The notes under the pieces: generated by a model
Told to the model about the DNA's origin: nothing
Database searches by the model: none
What the model saw: only the letters and a program-made list of their open reading frames with translations
Shown here: positions 24,200-37,612 of the stretch, in pieces
Numbering within the stretch: the first letter of the stretch is position 1
Layout of the letters: each line of letters starts with the position of its first letter
NCBI RefSeq assembly: GCF_006345805.1
Contig: NC_043000.1
Coordinates: 54,436,001-54,500,000 of the forward strand
Length of the DNA stretch: 64,000 nt
From: Octopus sinensis
Lineage: Eukaryota
Direction of reading: 5' to 3'
Translations under genes and position numbers: made by a program

Positions 24200-24633
24200 G
24201 CAGGCACAAATATGACTGTGTGGTTAGAATCCTGTTTCTCAATCAAATAGTCTCTGGTTCAGTCCCACTGCATAGCACCTTGAGCAAGTGTCCTCTATTA
24301 TAGCCTCGGGCCCACTAAAACCTTGTGAGTGGATTTGATATATAGAAATTGAAAGAAGCCCGTTGTATATATATGCGTATATATATATATCTATGTGTAT
24401 GTGTTTTTGCATCTGTGTTTGTCCCCCATCACCGCTCGACAACCGATGTTAGTGTGTTTACGTCTCCGTAACTCAGCAGTTAGGTCACAAGAAGCCGATA
24501 AAATAACTACCAGGATTTAAAACGTAAGTCTTTGGGTCGATTTGTTCGACTAAAACCCTTCAGGGATGTTCCCCAGAATGGCCGCAGTAAAAAAAAAACG
24601 ACTGAAACAAGTTAAAGATGAAAGATAAAAGAT
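24200..24633 (+). mobile_element. SINE family A
   Basis: Complete head-microsatellite-tail layout. Confidence 0.85.
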
Positions 24634-24793
24634 ATTCTTGCTGCAATTTTACAATGATTTAATCTCATATTGTCAATAAAAATGTTACTGGCATTATGAA
24701 TGGCTTCATCAGTCATAACACTGAATGACGGAGTGTAGAAAATTTAGCAATTGTCTCGTAAGTTCTTGTAACTTGAGTTTTTGTTTTACGAAG

Positions 24794-24876
24794 GAGTAAC
24801 CGTAAAAATATATACGGGCAATTTGGAATATTTTGAAGAAGAAAGGCTGTTGTTTGAAGCTTTGTCTTTATTGCAG
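24794..24876 (+). CDS. Weak candidate coding exon, or recursive splice site at 24875-24882
   Basis: TTTTTGTTTTACGAAG acceptor, open frame (G)VTVKIYTGNLEYFEEERLLFEALSLLQ, strong donor CAG|GTGAGT. No homology recognised. Confidence 0.2.
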
Positions 24877-24996
24877 GTGAGTGACCATGCGAAAGCTTCT
24901 CAGTTGGTTGTGTCGAGGGTAGCGTGTATTATAGTAAAGAATCCTTATAGAGAGCTTTCCCGTATCCCTGAAAAAATTTGAGCAGGAATCTTGCGT

Positions 24997-25325
24997 ATGG
25001 CAGCGTGCTTGCAGAATCGTTAGCACACCGGGCGAAATGCCTAGCGGTATTTCGTCTGCCGTTACCTTGAGTTCAAATTCCTCCGAGGTCGACTTTGCCT
25101 TTCATCCTTTCGGGGTCGATAAATTAAGTAGCAGTTACGCACTGGGGTCGATGTAATCGACTTAATCCCTTTGCCTGTCCTTTTTTGTCCCCTCTGTGTT
25201 TGGCCTCTTGTGGGCAATAAAGAAAAAAGAATCGTTAACACGCCCACGACAAAAAGGTTGGCGGGAATTCGTACGTTTTTTTACGTTCTGAGTTCAAATT
25301 CTGCTAAGGTAGACTGTATCATTTT
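24997..25325 (+). mobile_element. SINE family B dimer with truncated second monomer
   Basis: A full monomer ends GGGCAATAAAGAAAA and is followed by AGAATCGTTAACAC..GAGTTCAAATTC, then cut by the family A SINE. Confidence 0.8.
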
Positions 25326-25328
25326 ATA

Positions 25329-25498
25329 GGTGCAGGAATGGCTGTATGGTAAGTAGCTTGCTTACAAACCACATGGTTCCGGGTTCAGTCCCACTGCATG
25401 GCACTTTGGGCAAGTGTCTTCTACTATAGCCCCGACCGAGCAAAGCCTTGTGAGTGGATTTGGTAGACGGAAACTGAAAGAAGCCTGTCGTATATATA

Positions 25499-25570
<72 letters not shown>

Positions 25571-25780
25571 ATATGTTTGTGTGTTTGTCCCGCCAACATC
25601 GCTTGACAGCAAATGCTGGTGTGTTTACGTCCCATAACATAGCGCTGCGGCAAGAGAGACCGATAGTATAAGTACTAGGCTTGCAAAGAATAAGTTCTGG
25701 GTCGATTTGCTCGACTAAAGGTGGTGATCCAGCATGGCTGCAGTCAAATGGCTGAAACAAATAAAAGAATAAAAGAATAT
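25329..25780 (+). mobile_element. SINE family A, well preserved
   Basis: GCAGGAATGGCTGTATGGTAAGTAGCTTGCTTAC..., internal (TA)(TG) tract, tail AAATAAAAGAATAAAAGAA. Confidence 0.9.
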
Positions 25781-26859
25781 GAAATTATTGCAACTAAAGA
25801 ATGTCTTTAGAATATACCATGGAGGAAACAAGAAGCGAATGCGATGCAAGAAATAGATTCGTAACAAATTTATATGAGAATTAAGAAATAAACTTTTAAT
25901 CTAGAAAACAATTAAAGGTATACTTCAACAGATAATATAGTACGTATAATATCTGGAAATATATTATGATATATTTTTTTTTTGTAATTTCTTTATTCGA
26001 AGCAGTTCTGCACAATTTTCTGTTCTTATACTTTCAAAGGTTTTGAACTGGGAAGCTCTAGTTCCCTCACTTAAATCATAGTTAGACATCGCATAATAAA
26101 GATGAAAATGAAACTATAGTGTAATAAAACTAAAACTAAAACTAACACAACGTTGAAAAATACTTGAGAGAGGGAATATTTTACTGATACTATTAAATAC
26201 AAGAGTATACAATGACTATTGTTTAGTATTCATGCAGAGAAATGCAGCAGCTAAACAGTTACAATTGCTAATTGAGCAGTCTATTTACTGCAACTGCTGT
26301 TATCCCAAATGGATGCAATTAGCGAAAATAAAGCAGCTGCTTTTGATTAAAATTACAAAAATGAAGCTCTTAACATTCATCATAGGAAGTGGTTGTTTAA
26401 TATGTAAACTCTCTTGTCGGTGTGTTGAATTTTAGATGAACGGAATTAAAAATATACGTTTTATACTCTGACAATTAACTTGCAATATTTATTTAAGCTG
26501 CCTTTAAATAAATAACCTGGAACAAAATGGAAAAAGCAGGAAAATTACTTGAAAACATTTTCCAAAAATTATATAGCTGAAATATTACGGAAGTTTAAAA
26601 ACTTTCAGGTTATTTATATTTATTTTAGCATACGTCGGAAAGAAGATGTTTTTCTATAAAAGAAAGTTATTGGTAGTACTTAGTTGACTGCTTTTCTCAC
26701 TTAAAAGCATTGCAGCTAGTTAAAGAAATCGGTTTAGCAAAATTTCATTTTAAACTAGCAGTTCATATATATTGCATGGCGTTTTAATGTCGGTTTATTG
26801 AATTACACACACTTCCCCATAGGTATAAATAGTTTTATTACACATTTAGGATTGATGGC

Positions 26860-27190
26860 AGTATGTTAAGAAGTTCGCTTCCCAGTTACATTATTCCTAC
26901 TGAGAGGCCCTTTGGACAAATATCATCTACCATAGCCAATAGCCTTGGGCCGACCAAAGACGTATGAGTCGATTTGGTAGACAAAAACCAGAAGAAACTT
27001 ACCGCATACGTGTGTGCGTATTTGTGCTTATTTTTTAGCCTACCACCGCTTGACAAGTGATCTTGGTTTGCTAATGTCCGCGAGATTTAGCGGTTTGCCG
27101 AAATATATGGATAGAATAAGTCCCAGGCTTTAAAAAAATAAGTACTAAAGTCATTTCGTTCTCCTAAGACTGTTCTAGGCGATAAACCCA
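26860..27190 (+). mobile_element. SINE family A, diverged
   Basis: GGGCCGACCAAAG..GATTTGGTAGAC..CCACCGCTTGACAA..TAGCGGTTTGCC..GATAGAATAAGT. Confidence 0.65.
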
Positions 27191-28224
27191 ACACATTTTT
27201 ACTCTGATGATTGACACGATTAAAAGAAAGGTAGAATATTTGAAATAAATTCTATAAAGGAAACTGATGTATATATAGGTGCAGTGTTGTCATACTTATA
27301 CCATCTCATTCATTTTTTACTTTGTTTTCCATTCGTAATACCTGTTAGTAAACACTGTGTATGTTACGCTACGGACTTCCTTATTAAGTATCAGAAACTT
27401 AAGTTATTTTCTGAATGGAATCCAAGATATTTTTGAATAGACCACTAATGAACACAATAAAGTTCATGAACCGTAAATCAGAAGGTTAAACTCATATCGA
27501 TATGTGATGCCACAAAACATCACCTTTTGTTTTCTTTTTTTGTATATTTTTGTTTAAGTCCGATCTATTTCCCATCTGATTCAGTGTATTCTACATGTAG
27601 GAATAGGCGTGCACACGTGTACCAAAACACTGACGGTCGTATGTATACAAACGCAAGTACATATATCTATGTTTTATATGAGAATTTGCGTACTTTCACA
27701 CACACACACATATGTAAAGATTAACGGTCGTACATACACTGTGTATGTAGTTGTTCATACGCCAATTTGCTGCGGAACAGCGTCCGGAGAAAGCTCCCTG
27801 CATAAAACCAGGGGTTAAAGAACAATGAATATCCCAGTTGAGACCAATTGAGAAGAGCGAGAATGGTACATATCGATATTTCACTATCATTGCAGCTCTT
27901 CTGTACGTTTTGTTTATATACCAATTTCCTGTGGTTTAGCGTTCAAATACATACACTATATATATATATATATAGGACCAATAATGTTTACATTATTAGA
28001 GCTGTTTTTAGTTCGAAATTTAATTTTGTTTGAAATGTGCTGCACTTCATATTACTTTTGCCAAGTGCATTTACCAAGATATGAACGTCGATCCTGGTTG
28101 GAAATTATTGTATTGCCTCAGCAACATGTCACCAACAGTCTCGGAGTTCAACCTGTACAAACTATGCTATCTTGAAAAAGGAAAAAACAAAATGCTTACT
28201 GAAATATAGTAATTTGAGCAATGC

Positions 28225-28303
28225 ACTTTTCTCATATCGATATATATATGCGTATGTGTGTGTGTGATTATGCATGTATGTATGAATGTGTATATATATA
28301 TAT

Positions 28304-28356
<53 letters not shown>

Positions 28357-28424
28357 TTTATATCTATATATATATATATAATTATATATATATGTACATA
28401 TATACACACATATATATATGTATG

Positions 28425-28456
<32 letters not shown>

Positions 28457-28500
28457 TGTATGTATGTATGTATGTTTGAATGTATGTATGTAGAGACATG
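28225..28500. repeat. Compound (TG)(TA)(TATG) microsatellite
   Basis: Direct reading; source of several spurious track ORFs. Confidence 0.95.
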
Positions 28501-29224
28501 TACGTGTATTTAGCATATTTATTAAGAAGTACTGGTCACATTATACACAGTAATACGTGCGATTGTCGCTTTTGCAAGCGGAATAAATTCGTTTTGAAAA
28601 TATCTTGATATTTGTATTTTTGAAATTTTTTAGGAAAATACTTATTCTATACTTTGCTCTGACGTGAATTTATTTTTTAAAATGTATAAAACACATTTCT
28701 TCCAACTGTATTTAGCATGTTTGTAAAGTATGACAAATACAATTGTATCTTTTAGCAGGAAGATGCGACAGTACATCGAGGAAATGTAACTTGCTTAGAA
28801 GTATTTTCTGTTCACACTTAAGAATAAATATAATATACACAAACAGGTAAATAAGTAATATAAGGACACAAGAAAACTTTACATATGGCTATGAAGGAAT
28901 GTGTGCTCAAGTAATATGTATGAATATTCATGTATATTTCACAATAAGAGCATAGATTTTTATTCCTTTAAACCTTTCAAGCAAATTTTAAATATAATCA
29001 TATGTGACGAGAATTATTGTAAAAGAAACTGAAGAAGACACATTACTTTTATCTTTCTTCATTATATGGATATGTTATATAACTTTTTCTTGAATCACAT
29101 CAGATGATTTACAGAAGCTGGGAAATATAATAATATAAAAATAATTTAACACGCGTGAAGATGCATATACAGATGTATGCATACAAATAGACATCAGTTC
29201 ATTTTGGTAGAATAATAATTGCCA

Positions 29225-29259
<35 letters not shown>

Positions 29260-29622
29260 ATAAGGTTTGTTAATATTTTTGTAATTGAAACATATATTAG
29301 CAAATATGGATGCTTTTGTTCAATATAACTTCATTCTGATTATTGCAACTTTCTTCCAGTGCATCACAATTTTGCTGCACATACATGCGGCTGAATAGCT
29401 GCATATTGCTGTGTGGTAAGAAGTCAGTCTTCCAATCGTGGGAAATGTGGGTCCGAGCCAGTACTACCTCCTATCAGTTAGGGTGTCTTCTACTAAGGCC
29501 CCAACCAACTATAACATTCTAAGTTGATTTCTTAGCTATCTATCTATTTATGTATGTATCTTTCTTTCTTTCTTTCTCTCTCTCTCTCTCAGACTATAAA
29601 TACACACATATATATAATATAT

Positions 29623-29656
<34 letters not shown>

Positions 29657-29657
29657 A

Positions 29658-30015
29658 TTCCAAGAGATTTAGTGGTTGTGAATGCAACCAAATAAGTGAT
29701 AATATCTATCAAATATGCTGCTGGTAGAATACCCAATTATTAATACGTAAGTCTTTTGTCCTTGCGTGGTAATTACACTACTGAATGTAATAAATGGGTG
29801 AGGGTAAAAAGTTGTTTTACCCTTAATTTATACAGCATTAAGAAAATGGATGAGATCGAGAGGTGGTATTCATAAACTATGTCTATTTGTTAAACAAAAA
29901 CAATTATAACAATATATATACATGTATAACATATTATACTTTATATATATAATATATAACATATAAAACTACCAGTAATTATTAAAATATATAACTTAGA
30001 GCATAGAAAGTAGAA
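29658..30015 (+). mobile_element. ~360-bp TA-flanked non-coding repeat family (second copy at 58612-58973, minus strand)
   Basis: Collinear with the reverse complement of 58612-58973 from TTCCAAGAGA to CATAGAAAGTAGAA. Both copies start immediately after a (TA)n tract. Confidence 0.8.
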
Positions 30016-30026
30016 TATATATATAT

Positions 30027-30203
30027 ATTCTTTTATTCTTTTACTTGTTTCAGTCATTTGACTGCGGCCATGCTGGGGCACCGCCTTTAATCGAGCAAAT
30101 CGACCCCGGGACTTATTCTATCGGTATCTTTTGCCGAACCGCTAAGTGACGCAATACTAGGGGGACAAATACAGGCACACAAACACACACACACATACAT
30201 ATA

Positions 30204-30244
<41 letters not shown>

Positions 30245-30412
30245 CATATATACAACAGGCTTCTTTCAGTTTCCGTCTACCAAATCCACTCACAAGGCAT
30301 TGGTCTGCCCGGGGCTATAGCAGAAGACACTTGCCCAAGATGCTACGCAGTGGGACTGAACCCGGAACCATGTGGTTGGTTAGCAAGCTACTTACCACAC
30401 TGCCACTCCTGC
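30027..30412 (-). mobile_element. SINE family A, well preserved
   Basis: Full head (GCAGGAGTGGCAGTGTGGTAAGTAGCTTGC on the minus strand) and full tail. Confidence 0.9.
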
Positions 30413-30574
30413 TGTACGTGTGTGTATTGTAAACGTTCACAAAGAAAAAGATCTTAAGGATCTTGAAGTTTGGTTCCCTCAGACTCATCAATAGATTTGG
30501 TGAAAGCCACGGGTAAACCGAAACTTCGGAATCATTGTAAAGATTTTCCTTGTACTAAATAATATGTATGTACT

Positions 30575-30794
30575 CTATAAAAAATGTACTGAGTAAATAT
30601 TTAATGTCACTTTGTTTTTATATATAACAGTATAAAGCAAGCATATAAGCGTATACACAGACACACACATATATATATATATCTTTATAAAATAAAAACA
30701 TATATATATAAACATGTATATATGCATATATATATACACACGCACACACACACACATATATATATATATATGTGTGTATATATATATATATATC

Positions 30795-30848
<54 letters not shown>

Positions 30849-30890
30849 CACTCATAAACATATGCATATATAATATACATATAATATACT
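30575..30890. repeat. Compound TA/CA/TG microsatellite
   Basis: Direct reading. Confidence 0.9.
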
Positions 30891-31219
30891 TCAATATAAC
30901 CAAATCATTAAATGAGATGGCATGTTATATCGCAAAATATAATATACTTAATGTAATGGGTTTGAGTTTTTCATTATTGTAAGCCTACATATTTATCTCT
31001 CACATTTTAACAAAATATTCATCTAAACACAACAAATGATATAAATGAAGACATGCGATATATATCTATATATTTTAATTTTGTTGTTTGTAAATTTATT
31101 TAATAGTGGAAGCGTTCTGAATGTTCTTATTTAAAGATTCTGTAAGGCGTATAATTTTTGCTCTCATATTGAAATAAACTCATAATTGCATTTCATGTAT
31201 TATAAATGTACATAGGGAC

Positions 31220-31380
31220 AAGCATGGCTGAGCGATAAGAGATTTACTTCCCAAATATTTAGTTGCAAGGCAGGTTTTGTCCAGCTGAGTGTTTAATCGG
31301 AGAAGTGAATTTTACTATAACCACGGGCTGACTAAAGCTTTGTAAGTGGAATTGGTAGACGAAATCTAAAATAACATATC

Positions 31381-31416
<36 letters not shown>

Positions 31417-31417
31417 A

Positions 31418-31489
<72 letters not shown>

Positions 31490-31742
31490 ATGCGTGCGTG
31501 TGTGTATGCGTTAGTGTGTGTGTTTGTGTGTGTGTGTATTTATCCCCCTCCGCCGCTTGACATCTTGTGTTGCTGTAGTTACGCCCGGTAATATTAGCGG
31601 TTCAGTAAAAGAGAAAGTATAATTATCAGCCATAAAATTGAAATAAAAATGCAAGTATTGGGGTCAATTCGTTCGTCTAAAGGTCTTCAAGGCGGTGCCC
31701 CGACATGGCTGAAGTTTCATGACTGAACAAGTAAAAGATAAA
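31220..31742 (+). mobile_element. SINE family A, diverged, with (CT)(TA)(TG) internal tract
   Basis: GCTGACTAAAGCTTTGTAAGTGGAATTGGTAGACG..CCGCCGCTTGACA..GGCGGTGCCCCGACATGGC. Confidence 0.75.
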
Positions 31743-31920
31743 CGCCGTTCTCAAAATATCAATTTATATATCGACGGGTTTAAAACCATACACAAAATGC
31801 TAAGCATGCGTACACACTGAATGAAGCTTAACCACACTCACGTTAATATTTATTTATAAACAGGGCTGTGAACTGTCAGAATCGTTAACACTCTGTTAGT
31901 GGTATTTCTTCCGTCTATAT

Positions 31921-32442
31921 CAGTCGTTTCCAAAGTGGGTGGTACCCATTTCTTTATTACCCACAAGGGGCTAAACACAGAAGGGACAAACAAGGACATA
32001 CATTGGTATTAAGTCGATTAAATCGACCCCAGTGCGTAACTGGTACTTAATTTATCGACCCCGAAAGGATGAAAGGTAAAGTCGACCTCGGCGGAATTTG
32101 AACTCACAACGTAACGGCAGACGAAATACCGCTAAGCATTTCGCCCGACGTGCTAACGTTTCTGGCAGCTCTCCACCTCCCCACTGGGAGCAGTGGAAAT
32201 ATTCAGAATAGAAACGGGGTGATAATAGGGCGACCAAAACGGGGCAATGGATGTAAAAAAAAATAACGGGTTAATTGGGTTAAGTTTTATTTGCGAAATA
32301 CTGTTTTGAATTTGCTGCTGAAAATGCTCTATGCCTGTGGTGGTTAGTGGTGGTGGTGGTGGTGGTGGTCGTGATGAGGTGCACTAGGAATGTGGCCTTA
32401 GAACCAAGGGACTGGTATCCTGGAAAAGTTAGGAAACCACTG
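31921..32442. mobile_element. hAT-type MITE
   Basis: TIRs CAGTCGTTTCCAAAG and revcomp CAGTGGTTTCCTAAC (12/15 match). 8-bp TSD GTCTATAT (31913-20) and GTCTATAC (32443-50). Confidence 0.8.
31948..32180 (-). mobile_element. SINE family B monomer nested in the hAT MITE
   Basis: Full monomer with tail TGGGTAATAAAGAAAT on the minus strand. Confidence 0.88.
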
Positions 32443-32624
32443 GTCTATACGTTTGTTATTCGAATTTCGCTGAGAATTACTTTGCCTTTCGCTCTTTTGG
32501 GGTCGATAAAATTAATGTCAGTTGAGGATTGAGGTTGATGTTATTGACTAGCCTTTCCCTGAACTTACTGACCGTGTGTCAGAATTCGAAACCAATATTT
32601 ATCTAGAATCATCTATATATGAAT

Positions 32625-32933
32625 ATCTTTTATCTTTTTTTCTTTTGGTCATACTGGGGCACCGCTTTGAAATGTTTGAGTCGAACGAAAATTCCCTAGA
32701 AGCTTCTTAAAACCTGGTACTTGTTAATTCTGTCACTTATGCCGAACACCTATGTTACAGGGACATAAACAAACCAATACATCTTGTCAAGCGGTGATTT
32801 CATTCCACATTGCTGTAGAGGCATAACCCTGTGACGGACTGGTTATCCAACCCGCCAACACAAACACTCACGTAGATACACACATATATATCTATCTACC
32901 TATTCATCGCTCTCACACTCTCCTTCTCTCTCT

Positions 32934-32989
<56 letters not shown>

Positions 32990-33125
32990 GCTTCTTTCAT
33001 TCTCAACTACCAAATCATCTCGTAGGACTTTGGCTGTCGAGGGTTACCAATTTTTCACGCAGTGGGACTGAACCTGAAACCTTACGGTTGTGAGGCAGCG
33101 TTTTTGATACACAGTCACGTCAGCG
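32625..33125 (-). mobile_element. SINE family A, diverged, carrying a foreign 59-bp insert
   Basis: Tail at 32625-32790 and head GCAGTGGGACTGAACC at about 33058. The insert is at 32798-32856. Confidence 0.65.
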
Positions 33126-33519
33126 TCTGTATACATGCATACATGCCTGCATATATTCGTTTCTATAAACGTATTTATGTACACACACACAAACACACAC
33201 AAACAAACAAGCACACACACAAATATACACAGAATATTTCTTTCATAAATACACAGTTGCTAAAGTCAATATCTTCTTTCGATAAATACAGGTTTTAGCA
33301 GTATTGAAGTTGCAAAAGTAAATTGTTAAATAACACGTGGATTACTTATATATGTAACCAAAAATGCTAATGAGACGTGCTGCCTTAATGATGTTCCTGG
33401 AACTATCGAGAGAAATTCTTATGGAGTAGGAACTTACATTTCAATGCAGATTTGTGTCACCAGAATGTTTCGTTCAATTACTCAACCTACCAGAATACTG
33501 GTCACAAAGCGCTTCCTCG

Positions 33520-33695
33520 CGGCTTTCAAATGATACCTCACCACACGCTAGGCGGGTTGGATAGCCAATCCGTCACAGGGTTATGCTTCTACAGCAATGT
33601 GAAATTAAATATTTTGCTCAAAAACGCGCCACCGATTTTGGAATCGAAACTTTGATTTGTGACAGTGAGAGCAACACCCTATCTACTAAGCCACA
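33520..33695 (-). mobile_element. SINE fragment with family C-like tRNA head
   Basis: The minus strand reads GTGGCTTAGTAGATAGGGTGTTG..GTTTCGATTCC..TTTTTGAGCAAAATATTTAATTTCACATTGCT..AACCCTGTGACGGATTGG. Confidence 0.55.
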
Positions 33696-34942
33696 GATCT
33701 GCACATTCCTTTACATTTCAAAGTAATATTTTCATTTAACAAGCAATATCAATCATCAGTATTTCACATACAAATAAATTATTAGCAGCTGGGTAAACTC
33801 TTCCCTACAAAAATTAAAATATGAGCTATGATGAGAGTAAAAATATAAGAATATCATAAAGGAGGATAAGATACCCGGTCTTACATGAACGTGCGATGGT
33901 CTCTAATGAGTATATTGAAATTAGATTACAAACAGTTCAAATCATCGCTCACGGAAAGATTAAAGATGGACAAGATATTCTTAAATTTAAAAAAAAATAG
34001 TGAACTAATAGAAAAACATTTCCGTGCAAAATTTTCTTTAGAACGTTGTCACTAAACATTTGGCCAATCAGAATATTTACTACAACTTCAATCAACAGAT
34101 TACTTTCTTACACACTCATATATATGCATACATATATATGTTTATATGTATATATGTATGTATGTGTATGTGTGTACACACATACTTGTATATACACATA
34201 TAATGTGTGTGTGTGTATTTATGCATATATATATGTTTGCATGCGTTATGTTTATACGTGTTTGTTTTCCTGGAAATACATTTGTGTAGATCAGTAGATA
34301 AATAATCTCTTCTATGCGTGCATAGAAATATTACAATCTTTATGGTGATATGTGGACAAATTATATTAATAAAATATATTCACTTTACTCGCAAAATATT
34401 GTTACTTTTCTCTTGTGTTTTCAGCAATTTGAAATAAATTCTTTTCACCTACTGCAGGTGCTAGCATTTACAATTTCGTATCTTTCCTGACAATTTTTGC
34501 ATTGGAGAATAACTCAATTTCCGTTTCGTGATCGATACAAATTAGAAAACTGTAATACGTAAGTAGTTGCGACAGTTTCCCAGCCTAATACCTTTGGCGA
34601 AGAAAGATTGAAATTCTTAGCATTAATCGATAAATTATGAAAAAAGCAGTAAAACTCCAGTCTCTATGCAAAAGTCTTTATATGAGTGAATAATATCATA
34701 AATTTCCACTACTGATATAAATTCTAATTTCCAATAAAACATATTTGAACTGTTAAATTAAATCCTATGGTTGGGCTACGTTATGTATCGCCAGCTCTAG
34801 TTAATACTTGTGAAACAATTCATCCGTTTTGCATGCATGTAAATCAATTGATGACATTAAAGAGCTTCATTCATTTCTAACTATTTCAATAGAATATACG
34901 TACCCACACCTTTGCACAATCGAATGCAAATGTAAGCAGACA

Positions 34943-35025
<83 letters not shown>

Positions 35026-35329
35026 CTTCATTTTTATTTTTATACTCTCTGTTGTTGCCGTCGTTTTGAGGTAGAAATTCGGGCATACCAACTTGACAGT
35101 TTTGATACTGACAAAGTACCGAGAGTTCTACTTTATTTTAAAGTATTTTTCCTATCGGTCACACTTTCACCGTGCTGCTATGTCGAGTGGATGTAACAAA
35201 ACTAATGCTGGCGAGACTTGCAGAAGCACGAACACGCATTTATACACACATGTAGATACATACATACACACTGAATGTATATATGTATATTTATATATAT
35301 ATATCAATCAATCAGTCAATCTCTCCGTA

Positions 35330-35369
<40 letters not shown>

Positions 35370-35371
<2 letters not shown>

Positions 35372-36645
35372 AGTTTAACCCTTCAGTTCTGTCCGAATTT
35401 TGAATAAAGAAAACAACTGATCAAATGTAATATTTAATTGAAATTTAATCATCAATGTACTTACCCCGATTATCTATGACTGCCTTCCATTTATTTACAA
35501 GCTTTTTAATCCCATCAATGTAAAACTCTTTTGGTTTCAAAGCGAAGAACTCTGAAATTTTGTTTCGACTTCCTCCTGGCTTGCAGAAGTTATGTCCCCT
35601 AAATGATTCTGTAAACTACGAAACAAATGATAGTCTGCAGGAGCAAGGTCAGGAGAATAATGTGGATAAGGAATTTTCCCCAACCAAGGCCTTCGATCTT
35701 CTGTAATGTGATCTTCGATCTTCTGTGATGTAATCGCGCATTGTGCTGATGAAATATCACTCCTTTTCGATTCACTTAAACGGGTCTCTTTTTCTTTAAA
35801 GCTTGGTTCAAACACTCTAACTGCTGACAGTAGACTTGAGCATTTATTGTTGTATTAGGCGGTAGCAAATCATAGTGAATTACTCCTTTCCAATCCCACC
35901 AGATAGAGAGAAGAAATCATTTCCTATGAAGTTCTCTCCTCGGATGTGGTTGAGCTTTTTCCATTTTACCGATCCAGTGTTTATAACGTTTAACATTTCG
36001 ATAAAAGACCCATTATTCGTCACTAGTCACAAACAAGTCTCTCCAAATAGGGTGAAATGAGTTCGCGAGAATGGAGAGAAGAGCAGATGTCAACTCGGGA
36101 TTTGCGGTCGTTTTGGACAATTAATGAGGCACCCATTTTCCAAGTTTAAGAACCTTTCCACGTTGTTGAAAATGACAATGAACAGTTGTATGGTTTGAAC
36201 TAAGCTTTATTGTCAATACTTCAACTAATAATGCAGGATTTTCTTCAAGTAATGCCGCAAGGAGCTTATCATGAAACTCAACTGGACGTCCTATTCGATC
36301 TTCATCTTCAAGGATGAAATCATTACTTCTGAATTTTGCAAACCATTTTCTGCAAGTTCTTTCATTCAAGCATTCTTTCCCATAAACTGAGTGTATGTTT
36401 CGAGTCGCTTCGGCTGCGGAATTTCCTTTTTTGTACTAATAAAAGATTATGTGCCTTAAATGCTCTTTGGATACTTCCATTTTAGAAAGGGCTTTAATCA
36501 AAGAAATTTTAATTCTATTATTCTGTAAAATATTATTTAATTAGTTTAAATGTACACAAATGCATAAAAGATATTCTAAAATACTAGTAAATTTCATTCA
36601 ATTTTTAAAAAGGTAAAATCGGACAGAACTTATGGGATGGCCTGA
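35370..36645 (-). mobile_element. Full-length mariner transposon, inactive
   Basis: TIRs TCAGGCCATCCCATAAGTTCTGTCCG (right end, minus) and decayed TAAGTTTAACCCTTCAGTTCTGTCCG (left), flanked by TA. Motifs: CRKWFAKFRS..EDEDRIGRP, WVPH, VTSDE*WVFY, HQHNAR (second Asp to His), YSPDLAPADYHLF. Confidence 0.92.
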
Positions 36646-37612
36646 TATATAAATAGATAGATAGATATATATATACATGTGTGTGTGTGTGTATAAATAC
36701 ACACAGATATATGTATGGATATATTATATATGTATGTATGTATGTATGTATGACGGCTGTTACACAGCTTCGTCTACCGAATACACTCATAAGATATTGG
36801 TTGGCCGAGATAAAGCAGAAGACACTTTCGCGATTCGCTGTACATCTATACTGAAGGAGGTTTTGGCTCAAAACGTGAACGATAAATTATCTAGAATAAG
36901 TGTGGTTTATATAGAAAACATTCTGTACACACAATTTGACAGCGGCATTCTCAGGTTCACAGACTTTCTAATGCAACAGATATAGGTATTTTTCATTGTT
37001 ATAGCTGCACTAAGAGTAAGAATACTATTCATTATTCGAATCTGATCAAAAGACAACACTAGGAAATGATAATCCTTAAAGGCGATAGCAGCAACTGTTT
37101 TACAATAGATGGTAAAAACTGACTGGAAATCTCTGGAGCGTCGCTTGTAATCCGAACACTCTTCACTTTTGCGATTCGTTTGAATGCAAGAGAAGGGGAG
37201 GGGCTACTTAATATCCAACAGTCAAGCTTTTCACGGATGAAAATTATAGCACGTTCTTTGATTGTAGGAGAAAGAGTAACTTTAAGATTATGCTGGCAAC
37301 TCTTTTAAAAACACGTGTGAATGGATTATGTAAGAGAAATATTTGGAGTTTTCGCTGTGTTTTGGATTTCATGAAGCCTTGAATAACCTCGGAATTTTCT
37401 GCAAGATGCCGGAAAATTACTTCTAAAAACTCTTTAATAGATATAAAGTGAAATTTGCATTCTTCACCACACCAAGTCTAAATGGTAATATAGCATCGAC
37501 AAATAATACTAAATTGACCTGCACTACCAATAGGGAACGTGCATATATAAGATTAAATTCAATATGAAATCAAAACCAGCGCTGTTGGTGTAAACATTAT
37601 CAATAACACATA

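Larger units (their letters stand above)
31862..32530 (+). mobile_element. SINE family B split by a hAT MITE
   Basis: The head (31862-31920) resumes at 32443 as GTCTATACGTTTG..GAATTTCGCTGAG..CTTTGCCTTTC. Confidence 0.65.

Noticed and set aside
26230-26440. TAAT/CAGCTG-rich unique patches (also 43440-43740) as possible enhancers
   Set aside because: Motif content alone is uninformative in AT-rich DNA; cross-species conservation data would be needed.
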